Program-made: the position numbers and the translations under genes
Part shown: positions 54,355-64,000 of the stretch, in pieces
Numbering within the stretch: position 1 is the first letter of the stretch
Layout: every line of letters starts with the position of its first letter
The notes under the pieces: model-generated
Told to the model about the DNA's origin: nothing
The model's database searches: none
Seen by the model: only the letters and a program-made list of their open reading frames with translations
NCBI GenBank assembly: GCA_963765575.1
Contig: CAVXWZ010000005.1
Location: 1 to 64,000 of the forward strand
Length of the DNA: 64,000 nucleotides
From: an uncultured cyanobacterium
GTDB lineage: Bacteria > Cyanobacteriota > Cyanobacteriia > PCC-6307 > Cyanobiaceae
Reading direction: 5' to 3'

Positions 54355-56764
54355 TCAGGCGGCTGGGGGTGGAAGATCGGCGCCGAGGCGGCGGGGAATC
54401 GCCTGCTCGAAGCTCGCACGCAGCTCGGCGATGGTCAGATCCACCAGGTCCTGGTCGCCCCAGCGCAGGCTCAGGCGCCGGTTGGAGCCCACGCTCCCCA
54501 GCCGGGCGGCGGGAAACGGGGAGGCCGTGGCAGCGGCGTCGAGGGCGGCCTCAAAGGCCGGCGCCCGCTCGCTCGGCACGCTCGCCAGGATGCGGGCGCC
54601 CCCTTCGGCGAACAGCAGCCGGTCGGGGCGCAGGGCCGCTGCCGGCAGGGTCAGCTCCACCCCCAGATCAGCCGCGATGCAGGCCTCGGCCACCGCCACC
54701 GCCAGGCCGCCATCACTGAGATCGTGGGCGGAAACCACCAGACCATGGGCGATCGCCTGGCGCAGGAAGGCCTGCACCCGCCGCTCCAGGGCCAGGTCGG
54801 TCACGGGGGGGCGGCCGCTGACCAGACCATGGATCACCGCCAGGTAACTGCTGCCGGCAAGGCTGACCCGGCCATCGCCGGCAGCGGCATCAGCTCCGGC
54901 ATCAGCGGGCTCCGCCAGGGGCACGCCCAGCAGCCAGATGGCGTCGCCGGGCCGCCGCCAGGCCGCACCGCGCACGTGCTTGAGGTCGTGCACCAGACCC
55001 ACCATCCCCACCACCGGGGTGGGATGGATGGGCTGCATGCTGCCGTCGGGCCGGCGGGTCTCGTTGTAGAGCGACACGTTGCCACCGGTCACTGGGGTAT
55101 CCAGCTCCCGGCAGGCCACCGCCAGCCCCCGGCAGGCCATGGCCAGCTGCCAGTAGCCGCTGGCTGTTTCGGGAGAGGGGAAGTTGAGGTTGTCGGTGAC
55201 GGCCAGGGGCTCGGCACCGACGCAACTGAGGTTGCGGGCCGCCTCGGCCACAGCCGCCATGGCGCCGCGCTCGGGATCGAGGGCCACCCAGCGGTTGGGG
55301 CAGTCGACCACCGCCGCTACGCCGCGGCTCGCCGCGGCCATGGCCCCGTCGCCCCGCTGGGGCCGCAGCCGCACCACGGCCGCATCGCCACCGCCGGGGG
55401 GCAGCACCGTGTTGGCCTGCACCTGCTGGTCGTACTGGCGGTACACCCAGCGCTTGGAAGCGATGGTGGGGTCATCGAGCAGGGCCAGCAGCACCGCGTT
55501 CCAGCTCAGGCGGGCGGCAGCGTTGGGGCCGGCGGCAGGCGTGATGCCGGCGGCGCTGGCCTCGGGCAGCTGGTCTTCGCGCCAGCGCCAGTGCGCCTGG
55601 ATCTCGGCCGGGGGGTTCGGCGAGCAGGTTGTGGTGGTTGATCGGGGTGTCATCAGCCAGGGCGCTGGCCGGCACCTCGGCGGCCACCTGGCCGTGGTGC
55701 AGCACCCGCACCACGTTGTCCTGCAGCACCCGGCCCACCACCGCCGCCTGCAGCCCCCAGCGGGTGAAGCGGGCCATCAGCGCCTGCTCGCGCCCGGGCT
55801 TGACCACGAACAGCATCCGCTCCTGCGACTCGCTGAGCAGAAACTCGTAGGCGCTCATGCCGCTCTCGCGGGCCGGCACGCGGTCGAGGTCGAGCTCGAT
55901 GCCCAGGCCCCCCTTGGCCGCCATCTCCGAGCAGCTGCAGGTGAGGCCGGCGGCGCCCATGTCCTGGGCGGCCACCACATCACCACTCTGAAAGGCCTCC
56001 AGGCAGGCCTCGATCAACCCCTTCTCCAGGAAGGGATCGCCCACCTGCACGGCGGGGCGGTCGTCGAGGGAGGCCGCGGTGAGCTCGGCGCAGGCGAAGC
56101 TGGCGCCGCCCATGCCGTCGCGGCCGGTGGTGCTGCCCACGTAGACCACCGGGTAGCCCACCCCCTCAGCGCCGGAGCAGACGATCTCGTCGGTTTCCAT
56201 CAGCCCCAGGGCCATGGCGTTCACCAGCGGGTTGCCGGAGTAGCTGGGGTCGAAGGCCACCTCGCCGCCCACGGTGGGCACGCCCACGCAGTTGCCGTAG
56301 TGGGCGATGCCGGCCACCACGCCCTCCATCAGGCCCACGTTGCGCTCGTCCTCGAGGGGCCCGAAGCGCAGGGCGTTGAGCAGGGCGATCGGCCGGGCGC
56401 CCATGGTGAAGATGTCGCGCAGGATGCCGCCCACGCCGGTGGCGGCCCCCTGGAACGGCTCCACGGCCGAGGGGTGGTTGTGGCTCTCGATCTTGAAGGC
56501 CAGGCGCTGACCCTCGCCCAGGTCCACCACGCCGGCGTTCTCACCCGGGCCCACCAGGATGCGGGGGCCGCTGGTGGGGAAGCCCTGCAGCAGCGGCCGC
56601 GAGTTGCGGTAGCAGCAGTGCTCCGACCACATCACGCCGAACATGCCCAGCTCGGCGCGGTTGGGGGCGCGGCCGAGGCGGCGGCAGATCTCCTCGTAGT
56701 CGGCCTGGCTGAGGTTCTCCTTGCGCAGGGCCTCGGCGAGGGGGAAGTCGGGGGCAGCCACCAC
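54355..56764 (-). CDS. purL: Phosphoribosylformylglycinamidine synthase subunit PurL (extra base in G6 run 55610-55615)
   Basis: [28 protein letters not shown]; second half [21 protein letters not shown]. Confidence 0.96.
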
Positions 56765-56829
56765 AGCCAGCGGGTCGGGTGACTCCAGTGTGGCCGAGCA
56801 GGTCGCGGCGGCCGCGGCACGGCGGCGCT

Positions 56830-57706
56830 TCAGATCCAGGGGTCGGACTCGTCCTCCGGGTCGTCGCGGTGCTGGCGGTCGGCGCGGCGCCGGCGCGGGT
56901 CGGCGTCCTGCTCCCCGGGGCGGGGCCGGCCGGTCCCCGTCGTCCTGGTCCCAATCGTCGCTGTCCCAGGGTTCGGGACCCGGGTCGCCCTGGGGCTGCT
57001 CGTGCGGCTCCGCTGCAGCCTCGGGGTAGCCGCCCCCCCAGGCCTCCGCCTCGCTGTCCTCTGGGCTCCAGATGCGGCGCAGCGGCTCGGCGCCCTCCCA
57101 GGGGGGTTCCTCCAGCCAGCCCTCCACCCGCGACTCCAGCTGCTCACCCGCCTGCTGCATCTGCTCACGCCAGCGCCGGGAGCGCCGCAGCAGGTCCTGG
57201 CGGACGCTGGAGCGGGCCAGGGGCAGGTCGTCGAGACCCGCCAGTGCCGTGGCCACCAGGCCCGGCTGCTGATCCACGATGCGCTCGGGGCTGAGACGCC
57301 AGCGGCTGCTACCGGGCAGGCGCGGATCGCTGCGGCTGACCAGATAGTGGCGAATGGCACCGCTGCGCAGGTCGATGGCGGCATCGGCCACGGTGCCGAT
57401 CGGCTGCTGGTCCCGATCGAGCAGGGCGGCATCGATGAGGGTGGGCAGGCGATCGAGGGTGGCCTGGTCGCTCTCGGCCGGCTCCCCCCGCACCAGGGCC
57501 TCCAGCTCCAGCAGGCCGGCCAGCTGGTTGAGCCGCCATACCAGCCGGCGGTTGCCGAACATCGAGGGGCGGCTGGCCCAGCCGAGCACGCGATGCACGG
57601 GGGGATGCATCCACACGACCAATCCAGGGCCCCGCTCGAGGCCATCGGGATCGCGCACCCGGCGCTTCAGCAGATCGCTGAGCAGCAGCTGCTCGGGAAG
57701 CGCCAA
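56830..57706 (-). CDS. PRC-barrel domain protein (frameshift ~56915)
   Basis: [24 protein letters not shown]; acidic tail ending DPWI in shifted frame; sits between dnaN and purL as in picocyanobacteria. Confidence 0.8.
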
Positions 57707-57710
57707 GGGT

Positions 57711-58865
57711 TCAGGTGCGGATCTGCACCGGCATCACCAGGTAGGTGAAGTCGGACTCATCGAGGGGCCGCAGCACGGCCGGGGTGGTGGGGGCATTGCA
57801 GTGCAGCAGCACCTGCTCACAGCCCATGGCCTTGAGGCCATCGAGCAGGTAGCGCACGTTGAAGGCGATCTGGATCGGCTCACCGTTGATGTCAGCGGCC
57901 ACCGCCTCCGATCCGCGCCCCACGTCCTGGGCATCGGCCTGCACCTGCAACTGGCCGCCGCCGGCCTCGGTGCTGAGCTTGACGACGTTGTTGTGCTGGT
58001 CGGCGAGCACAGCCACCCGCTCCAGGGCGGCCACCAGGGCCCGGCGATCGACGCTGATGCTGCGGTTGAAGCTGTCGGGGATCAACTGGCCGTAGTTGGG
58101 ATAGGTGCCATCGAGACTGCGGCTGGTGAGCACCTGATCCGCCCACAGAAACACCACCTGGCCGCGATCACAGAACAGGCTCAGGGGCTCCGTCGACTGG
58201 CGGCTGGAGAGCAACCGTTCCAGTTCCCGCAGGGAGCGGGCCGGCACGGTGAACGCGAACGGCTCGTGCTCCGACTCCGCCGCCGGATGTGGAGTCTCGC
58301 CCCCCTGGGCCAGCCGCAGCACGGCCAGGCGGTGGCCGTCGGTGGCCGCGCACTCCAGGCCTTCGCCCTCCAGGCGCAAATGAACGCCGGTGAGCAACTG
58401 CTTGGACTCGTCTCCACTGCTGGCGAACAGGGTGGCGCGCAGCCCCTTCACCAGTGCGTCGGCCTGCAGGCGGATCGGTTGGCCGGTCTGCACCAGCGGC
58501 AGGTCGGGGAAGTCCTCAGCGGGCATGCCCCGCATTTGGTAGGAGCCCGAGCGGGAGGTGAGCTCCAGCTGCTCGCTGCCATCGGGGCAATCCAGGCCGA
58601 TGGGGCTGTCCGCCGGCAGACGAGCCACGATCTCACCGAACAGGCGGGCAGGCAGGGTGATGGCGCCACTGGCCTCCACTTCGGCCGGCAGGCTGGTCTG
58701 GATGCCGAGGTTGAGATCGAAGCCGGTGAGGCTGAGGCGACCGGTGCCGGCATCGGCGGTGATCAGCACGTTGGCCAGCACCGGGTGGGTGGGGCGAGTG
58801 GCGACGGCACGGCTCACCAGCTGCAGGCTGGCACTGAGTTCCGACTGGGAGCAGACCAGCTTCAT
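57711..58865 (-). CDS. dnaN: DNA polymerase III beta clamp
   Basis: [41 protein letters not shown]. Confidence 0.98.
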   Translation of the reverse strand: MKLVCSQSELSASLQLVSRAVATRPTHPVLANVLITADAGTGRLSLTGFDLNLGIQTSLPAEVEASGAITLPARLFGEIVARLPADSPIGLDCPDGSEQLELTSRSGSYQMRGMPAEDFPDLPLVQTGQPIRLQADALVKGLRATLFASSGDESKQLLTGVHLRLEGEGLECAATDGHRLAVLRLAQGGETPHPAAESEHEPFAFTVPARSLRELERLLSSRQSTEPLSLFCDRGQVVFLWADQVLTSRSLDGTYPNYGQLIPDSFNRSISVDRRALVAALERVAVLADQHNNVVKLSTEAGGGQLQVQADAQDVGRGSEAVAADINGEPIQIAFNVRYLLDGLKAMGCEQVLLHCNAPTTPAVLRPLDESDFTYLVMPVQIRT

Positions 58866-59277
58866 GGGGGAGTCGTGGGGACCGGATGGGGGCCGCTGAG
58901 CTGGAAGGGTCCCCACGCTTCCACAGGCCGGCTGATTGCGCAACGTCGGGAATCCGGTGTTGCTGGGCGCTCTACGGATTAAGAAGTCTTGAATCAGAAA
59001 AGATCAGAACAGCAGCCGTAGGGGCTGGGGAAAGGGTGGAAAAGCTCCATGACCGCCTGGCCCGCCCCGGGTCTGCCCGGCCCTGGGCTGCGGAATCCAG
59101 GCACCGTGATGGGGAGACGTTGACCTTGTCCCCCGATTCCCGTCCCTGGGGAAACACAGCCGCCGCCGCCGTCGCCGGCCAGACCCTGGATTTCCGCCGT
59201 CTCAGCGGCCTTTGTCCCTGTCTTTCAGCAGGCACCTTGGCGACTGGCACCCGGGGCCGGCTGCCACCGCTGAGCGC
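58866..59277. other. Putative chromosomal replication origin (oriC)
   Basis: About 410-bp intergenic region upstream of dnaN; AT-richer tract ~58977-59010; DnaA-box-like 9-mers at 58917, 59026, 59035, 59147. Confidence 0.65.
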
Positions 59278-60396
59278 TCAGAAGCCCATCACTGCCGCCA
59301 CCTTGGCGGTGTCGGCCTCCAGGCCGGTGTGGAAGTGGGCGTCGTTGTGTTCGATGGCGGTGGCGGGGTCCTTGAGGCCATTGCCGGTGAGCACGCAGAC
59401 CACGGTGGCCCCCGCCGGCACCTCCTCCCGACGCTTGAGCAGGCCCGCCACCGAGGCGGCGCTGGCCGGTTCGCAGAACACCCCCTCCTGGCTGCCGAGC
59501 AGCTTGTAGGCCTCGATGATCTCGGCGTCGGTGACGGCGGTGAAATCACCGCCGCTCTCCCTGCGCACCGCCAGGGCCTTCTCCCGGTTCACCGGGTTGC
59601 CGATGCGGATGGCGGTGGCGATGGTGTCGGGCTGCTCCACGGTGTGGCCCAGCACCAGCGGCGCCGATCCGGCCGCCTGGAAGCCGAGCATGCGGGGCAG
59701 CGTGCGGCAATGGCCGGCATCGCGGTACTCGTTGAAGCCCATCCAGTAGGCGCTGATGTTGCCGGCGTTGCCCACCGGAATGCAGAGCCAGTCCGGGGCT
59801 TTGCCGAGGGCGTCCACCACCTCGAAGGCGGCTGTCTTCTGGCCCTGCAGCCGGTAGGGATTGACCGAATTGACCAGGGTCACCGGATACTGCTGCGCCA
59901 CCTCCTGCACGATCGCCAGGGCGCGGTCGAAGTTGCCCTGAACGGCGATCACCTCGGCGCCGTAGAGCAGGGCCTGGGCCAGCTTGCCCTGGGCCACGTA
60001 GCCATCGGGGATGAGCACGAAGGCGCGCATGCCGCCGCGGCGGGCGTAGGCGGCGGCGGCGGCCGAGGTGTTGCCGGTGCTGGCACAGATCACCGCCTCC
60101 GAGCCCGCCTCCAGGGCCTTGGAGATGGCCATGGTCATGCCCCGGTCCTTGAAGGAGCCGGTGGGGTTGAGGCCGTCGTACTTCAACAACACCTGCACCC
60201 CCTTGCCCACCCGCTCAGCGATCGCTGGGGCGGGGATGAGCGGGGTTGCTCCCTCCCGCAGGGTGATCACGGGCGTGCGCTCACTCACCGGCAGCCAGCG
60301 GCGATAGGCCTCGATCAACCCCGGCCAGTCGTGCAGGGTGGGGAGCGCCGTGGAGGGTCCCAAGCCCAGACGCCGCAGGGATTGGAGCAGGGGCAA
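59278..60396 (-). CDS. thrC: Threonine synthase
   Basis: NPTGSFKDRG, ASTGNTS, PVGNAGN, EPASAA, LTGNGLKDP. Confidence 0.97.
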   Translation of the reverse strand: MPLLQSLRRLGLGPSTALPTLHDWPGLIEAYRRWLPVSERTPVITLREGATPLIPAPAIAERVGKGVQVLLKYDGLNPTGSFKDRGMTMAISKALEAGSEAVICASTGNTSAAAAAYARRGGMRAFVLIPDGYVAQGKLAQALLYGAEVIAVQGNFDRALAIVQEVAQQYPVTLVNSVNPYRLQGQKTAAFEVVDALGKAPDWLCIPVGNAGNISAYWMGFNEYRDAGHCRTLPRMLGFQAAGSAPLVLGHTVEQPDTIATAIRIGNPVNREKALAVRRESGGDFTAVTDAEIIEAYKLLGSQEGVFCEPASAASVAGLLKRREEVPAGATVVCVLTGNGLKDPATAIEHNDAHFHTGLEADTAKVAAVMGF

Positions 60397-60423
60397 GGGA
60401 TGGTGATGGCCGCTGAGATGAAT

Positions 60424-61035
60424 CTAGTTCTCGGTTCCGTCCGTTTCGGTTCCGTCCGTCCCGGAGGATCCCTCAGTCCCGCGGAGGCCGTCCAGGGGGG
60501 ATTCGGAGAAGAAGCGCACCAGTTCCGCCACCGAGCTGGTGCGCTCGGCCACCGCCAGCAGGTTGGGGATGTTCACCTCCAGATCATGGGAGGGATAGGC
60601 GCGCAGAAAGGACATGGCGGAGAGCTCACCATCGCCGTCGACCAGGCCCAGGACGATCGCCGAGCGCAGCGCCGGCACGCCCACGCCCGGGGCCTTGAGG
60701 GGATGGACGATCTGGGCAAGCCGGTCCAGCAGCGCTTCACCGATGCGGGTGTTGAGCAGGCGGCTCACCAGGGTCACCGGCAGGCTGATCGACTGGTTGA
60801 GCAGCTTTGAGACCTCGGCCGGGTCCTGGTTGCTGAAGCGGATCACATCACCCAACAGCCCCGGGGCCTGGCCGGTTTCAGCGAGCACTTCCAGGTCGCT
60901 GACCGGGATCGAGCGCCGGAAGGCGCCACTCACGAACACCAGGTTGTCTGCAGCCAGAGCGGCCGGGCCAGCGAGGCCCAGGCCCAGGCCCAGCAAGCAG
61001 GCCAGCAGGCGCTGGCGCAGGGCAAGGGAGGTCAT
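60424..61035 (-). CDS. DUF1400 (alpha/beta hydrolase-associated) secreted protein
   Basis: Signal peptide, GAFRRSIPV, SRLLNTRIGE, ALRSA, FLRAYP. Confidence 0.8.
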   Translation of the reverse strand: MTSLALRQRLLACLLGLGLGLAGPAALAADNLVFVSGAFRRSIPVSDLEVLAETGQAPGLLGDVIRFSNQDPAEVSKLLNQSISLPVTLVSRLLNTRIGEALLDRLAQIVHPLKAPGVGVPALRSAIVLGLVDGDGELSAMSFLRAYPSHDLEVNIPNLLAVAERTSSVAELVRFFSESPLDGLRGTEGSSGTDGTETDGTEN

Positions 61036-61055
61036 CGCGCAACCCTAGGGGCTTT

Positions 61056-63104
61056 TCAGGCGCTGGCCACCCCCTCAATGGGCCGCAGCGACGGATCCAC
61101 AAGCACGTCGCGCAGCAGGCGCACCACACTCCGCTCGGCCAGGCCGCGGGCCACATCCACGCCCATGCGCCGCAGTTCCCGCTCGCCGATCAGCCGCGGC
61201 AGACGCTTGACCAGCAGCTGCGGTTCGAAGCCCGGCAGCGCCCGCAGGATCGTCACCAGTTGGCGGATCGGCTCCAGACTCAGCAGCGTGGCGCCGTCGT
61301 CCTGGGCCTGGCGCCGGCGCAGGCCCGGCGGCTGCAGCCGCTGGGGCAGGCGCTGGCCCAGGCGCAGGGTGGTGGACCAGGCCAGCGCATCCACCCGCGT
61401 GACCACCGAATCCACCAGTTGCCGGCGCAGCAGACCGCCGTTGGCGGAGAAGAGGAAATCGAGCACCTGGTCGAGCAGGCCGTCAAGGTCGAGCTGGGAG
61501 CCCTGGGCGGCGCTGGCGACCAGGTTGTCGAGCCGCTGCCAGCGGAACACCTCACCGTCAAACAGCATCTCCTTGAGGCTCTGGCGCAGGCTGGGGTCGG
61601 GATCCTCCATCAGCCGGCGGGCGAAGTAGGGGTAGGCGGCACCGAGGATCTTGAAGTTGGAATCCACGCTCAGGGCGATGCCCTCCAGGGTCACCAGGGA
61701 GCGGATAATCAGGGCGTAATACGGCGGCACCTGGAAGGGGAACCGGTACATCACCCCGGAAAGATCGTCGGTGACGGCCTTGAAATCCATGCGGCTGACG
61801 CCCATCTCCAGGGCCTGGCCGAACACCTGCTCGAAGGCCGGCACGATCGGCTCCAGGTTCACGTCCTGGGCCAGGAAACCCAGGCTCACGAAATCCTTGC
61901 TGAGCTTGCCGAAGTTGCGGTTCACCAGGTGAACCACCGCCTGGATCAGGCCGGTGCGCGCCTGCCGGCTGACCGTGCTCATCATGCCGAAATCGAGGTA
62001 GGCCAGACGGCCGTCGCCCAGGGCCAGCAGGTTGCCGGGGTGGGGATCGGCATGGAAGAAGCCGTGCTCCAGCAGCTGCTGCAGGCTGCAGTTCACGCCC
62101 ACCCGCACCAGCTCGTCGGGGTCGATTCCCAGCTCCCGCACGGCCTCGAGGTTGGTGAGCTTGACGCCCTCGATCCACTCCATCGTCAGCACCCGCCGGC
62201 TGGTCGCCTGGTGGTAGATGAGCGGCACGGCGATGCGTGGGTTGTGGGCGTGGAGACGGGCGAAGCGCTCGGCGTTGCTGGCCTCGTTGAGGTAGTCCAT
62301 CTCCTCGAACACCCGGGTGCCGAGCTCATCGATCAGCGCCACCAGGTCGCTGCGGATCAGGCCCACGTTGCGGTTCAGCCAGGAGGCGAGGTTGCGCACG
62401 ATGTAGAGATCGAGCGTGATCTGCTCGCGCAGGCCCGGTCGCTGGACCTTCACCGCCACCCGCTCGCCGCTGTGCAGCACGCCGCGGTGCACCTGGCCGA
62501 GGGAGGCAGCCGAGATCGGCTCCCGTTCCAGCTCCGCATAGATCTCCGCCACCGGGGCGCCGAGGTCGTCCTCGATGCAGGCCATGGCCAGCGTCGGATC
62601 GAAGCCGGGAAGCTGGTCCTGGAGCTGGGCGAGTTCCTCCAGCAGCACCGGCGGCACGATGTCGGGCCGGGTGGAGAGCGCCTGGCCGGCCTTGATGAAG
62701 GCCGGCCCCAGGGAGGCCACCAGATCGGCCGCCTCCCGGGCCCGGGCCCGGGAGCACGAGGGGTCGCGGAGCCGCCCGGTAAGCCTGTCGAAACCCACTC
62801 CCAGCAGGTAAAGGCCGATCGGCACCAGGGTTTGCCACAGCCGCCGCACCAGGCGCTCGGGGTGGCCGGCGTAGATGCGCTTGATCGCCGCCGGGTCGTA
62901 GGCCAGCAGTCCCGAGGCCTCGATGAAGTCGGCGAGCTCGCCGCCATCGGCGGCGCCCTGCAGGCCCGCGTGAGTTGCCGCGCTCTGGTCAGCGCCCTCG
63001 TGGACCGCGGCCTGCATGGCGGCCGCGGCGCTCTCCAGCGCCGTCAGTTCGGCCGCTGGTGGGGGCCCGGAGCTGGGCTGGGCTGCGGCTGGACTGCTCG
63101 CCAT
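61056..63104 (-). CDS. ABC1/AarF/UbiB atypical kinase
   Basis: LGPAFIKAGQ, AASLGQV, VAVKVQRP, HADPHPGN, DFG. Confidence 0.95.
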   Translation of the reverse strand: MASSPAAAQPSSGPPPAAELTALESAAAAMQAAVHEGADQSAATHAGLQGAADGGELADFIEASGLLAYDPAAIKRIYAGHPERLVRRLWQTLVPIGLYLLGVGFDRLTGRLRDPSCSRARAREAADLVASLGPAFIKAGQALSTRPDIVPPVLLEELAQLQDQLPGFDPTLAMACIEDDLGAPVAEIYAELEREPISAASLGQVHRGVLHSGERVAVKVQRPGLREQITLDLYIVRNLASWLNRNVGLIRSDLVALIDELGTRVFEEMDYLNEASNAERFARLHAHNPRIAVPLIYHQATSRRVLTMEWIEGVKLTNLEAVRELGIDPDELVRVGVNCSLQQLLEHGFFHADPHPGNLLALGDGRLAYLDFGMMSTVSRQARTGLIQAVVHLVNRNFGKLSKDFVSLGFLAQDVNLEPIVPAFEQVFGQALEMGVSRMDFKAVTDDLSGVMYRFPFQVPPYYALIIRSLVTLEGIALSVDSNFKILGAAYPYFARRLMEDPDPSLRQSLKEMLFDGEVFRWQRLDNLVASAAQGSQLDLDGLLDQVLDFLFSANGGLLRRQLVDSVVTRVDALAWSTTLRLGQRLPQRLQPPGLRRRQAQDDGATLLSLEPIRQLVTILRALPGFEPQLLVKRLPRLIGERELRRMGVDVARGLAERSVVRLLRDVLVDPSLRPIEGVASA

Positions 63105-63174
63105 GGCGTGGGCGGACCCTGGGGCTGCGCTGGTCTCCTCTTCTAAACGACTGAAACTGCCGCTACGGTCCCTG

Positions 63175-63188
63175 CGAACACCTGTTCT
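63175..63188. promoter_or_regulatory. LexA-like box upstream of recN
   Basis: CGAACACCTGTTCT (GAAC-N4-GTTC palindrome) ending 14 nt before recN start. Confidence 0.6.
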
Positions 63189-63202
63189 ATTGAGCGGCGG
63201 CC

Positions 63203-64000
63203 GTGCTCACCGGACTGCGCCTGGAGAACATCGCCCTGATCGAGCGGCTCGAGCTCGACTTTCAGGCTGGCTTCACGGTGCTCACCGGTGAAACCGGCGC
63301 CGGCAAGTCGATTCTCCTCGATGCCCTCGATGCCCTGTTGGCTGGCGCCCAGTCCGCCACCGGAGCGCGCCTGCTGCGCCCCGGCTGCAGCCAGGCCCGC
63401 ATCGAGGCCAGCTTCGCGATCACACCGCCGCTGCTCGCCTGGCTGGCGGAGCAGCAGCTCGACGGCGATGGGGGGGAGATCCTGCTCAGCCGCGAGTGGC
63501 GGTTCGGGGATGGCCGACCCAGCAGTCGCCATCGTCTTAATGGCGTGGTCATCAACCGCGCCCAGGTCCAGGAGCTGCGGCCGCTGCTGCTCGACCTCAC
63601 CGTGCAGGGCCAGACCCAGCAGTTGGCCCGCCCCGGGCAGCAGCGGCGCTGGCTCGACCGTTTCGGTGGTGAGGCCGTGCAGCGCGCCCTGGAGCCGGCG
63701 GTCGCCGCCTGGCGCACCTGGAGCGCTGCCCGCGCTGCCCTCGAGCAGGCCCGTTCCCGCTGGCAGCAGCAGCAGCAGCAGCGCGCGCACCAGGACCAGG
63801 TGCTGGCTGAGCTGGAGGCCGCTGCTCTGGAGGATCCGCAGGAGCAGCTGCGGCTGCAGCAGGACCAGGACCGTCTCGCCCATGGCGTGCGTCTGCAGGA
63901 GGGGGTGATGACCCTGCTGGCCCGCCTGCAGGAGGGGGCCGAGCAGGCCCCGTCGGCGCTGGATCACCTGGCGGCCTGTGATCAGGAATTGCAGCTGATG
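63203..64000 (+). CDS. recN: DNA repair protein RecN (runs off window end)
   Basis: GTG-LTGLRLENIALIERLELDFQAGFTVLTGETGAGKSILLDAL; Q-loop region DLTVQGQTQQL. Confidence 0.95.
   Translation, partial: MLTGLRLENIALIERLELDFQAGFTVLTGETGAGKSILLDALDALLAGAQSATGARLLRPGCSQARIEASFAITPPLLAWLAEQQLDGDGGEILLSREWRFGDGRPSSRHRLNGVVINRAQVQELRPLLLDLTVQGQTQQLARPGQQRRWLDRFGGEAVQRALEPAVAAWRTWSAARAALEQARSRWQQQQQQRAHQDQVLAELEAAALEDPQEQLRLQQDQDRLAHGVRLQEGVMTLLARLQEGAEQAPSALDHLAACDQELQLM

Noticed and set aside
55472..57706. 744-aa ORF appearing to fuse a PRC-barrel protein to the N-terminal half of PurL
   Set aside because: Explained by two indels (~56915 and ~55612); the proper PRC-barrel end (DPWI-stop at 56830) and the PurL C-terminal half lie in adjacent frames
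60428..60462. 15-bp-period tandem repeat (TCGGTTCCGTCCGT x2), and similar short repeats in the rbp tail, ftsY linker and ~17590-17620
   Set aside because: In-frame low-complexity coding duplications with no spacers; not CRISPR or mobile repeats

Overview
High-GC picocyanobacterial DNA (Cyanobium/Synechococcus-like, judged from gene order and protein motifs) covering the conserved origin-proximal backbone: guaA, cbiD, aminotransferase, tRNA-Gly ... pdxA, accB, efp, thiL, gap2, murC, murB, rsgA, dnaJ, grpE, pilBTC, dusA, argH, ftsY, nusB, queG, topoisomerase A subunit, purF, purL, dnaN, putative oriC, thrC, recN. The notable part is an accessory block of about 12 kb (4.6-16.5 kb) right after tRNA-Gly(CCC). 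It encodes an ECF sigma/RskA-type anti-sigma pair, an ArsS-type radical SAM enzyme, an ArsM/AS3MT-type methyltransferase, a DedA-flavin disulfide reductase fusion, a GT2 plus GT-C (GT87-like) glycosyltransferase pair, a DUF547 Cys-lipoprotein, a His-rich DUF4079 membrane protein and a cellulose-synthase-like enzyme. A bipartite motif GGCAATCCG-N13-CCGGTA occurs exactly upstream of two of its transcription units, and in degenerate form upstream of the sigma gene. This suggests a self-contained ECF regulon coupling arsenosugar chemistry to envelope glycosylation and redox (inference). LexA-like boxes precede recN and the small-gene/epimerase junction near the HNH-SNF2 pair. About a dozen single-base frameshifts, several in G/C runs and in housekeeping genes, point to sequencing or assembly indels rather than pseudogenes. 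Family names come from recognising motifs by eye; no database search was run.
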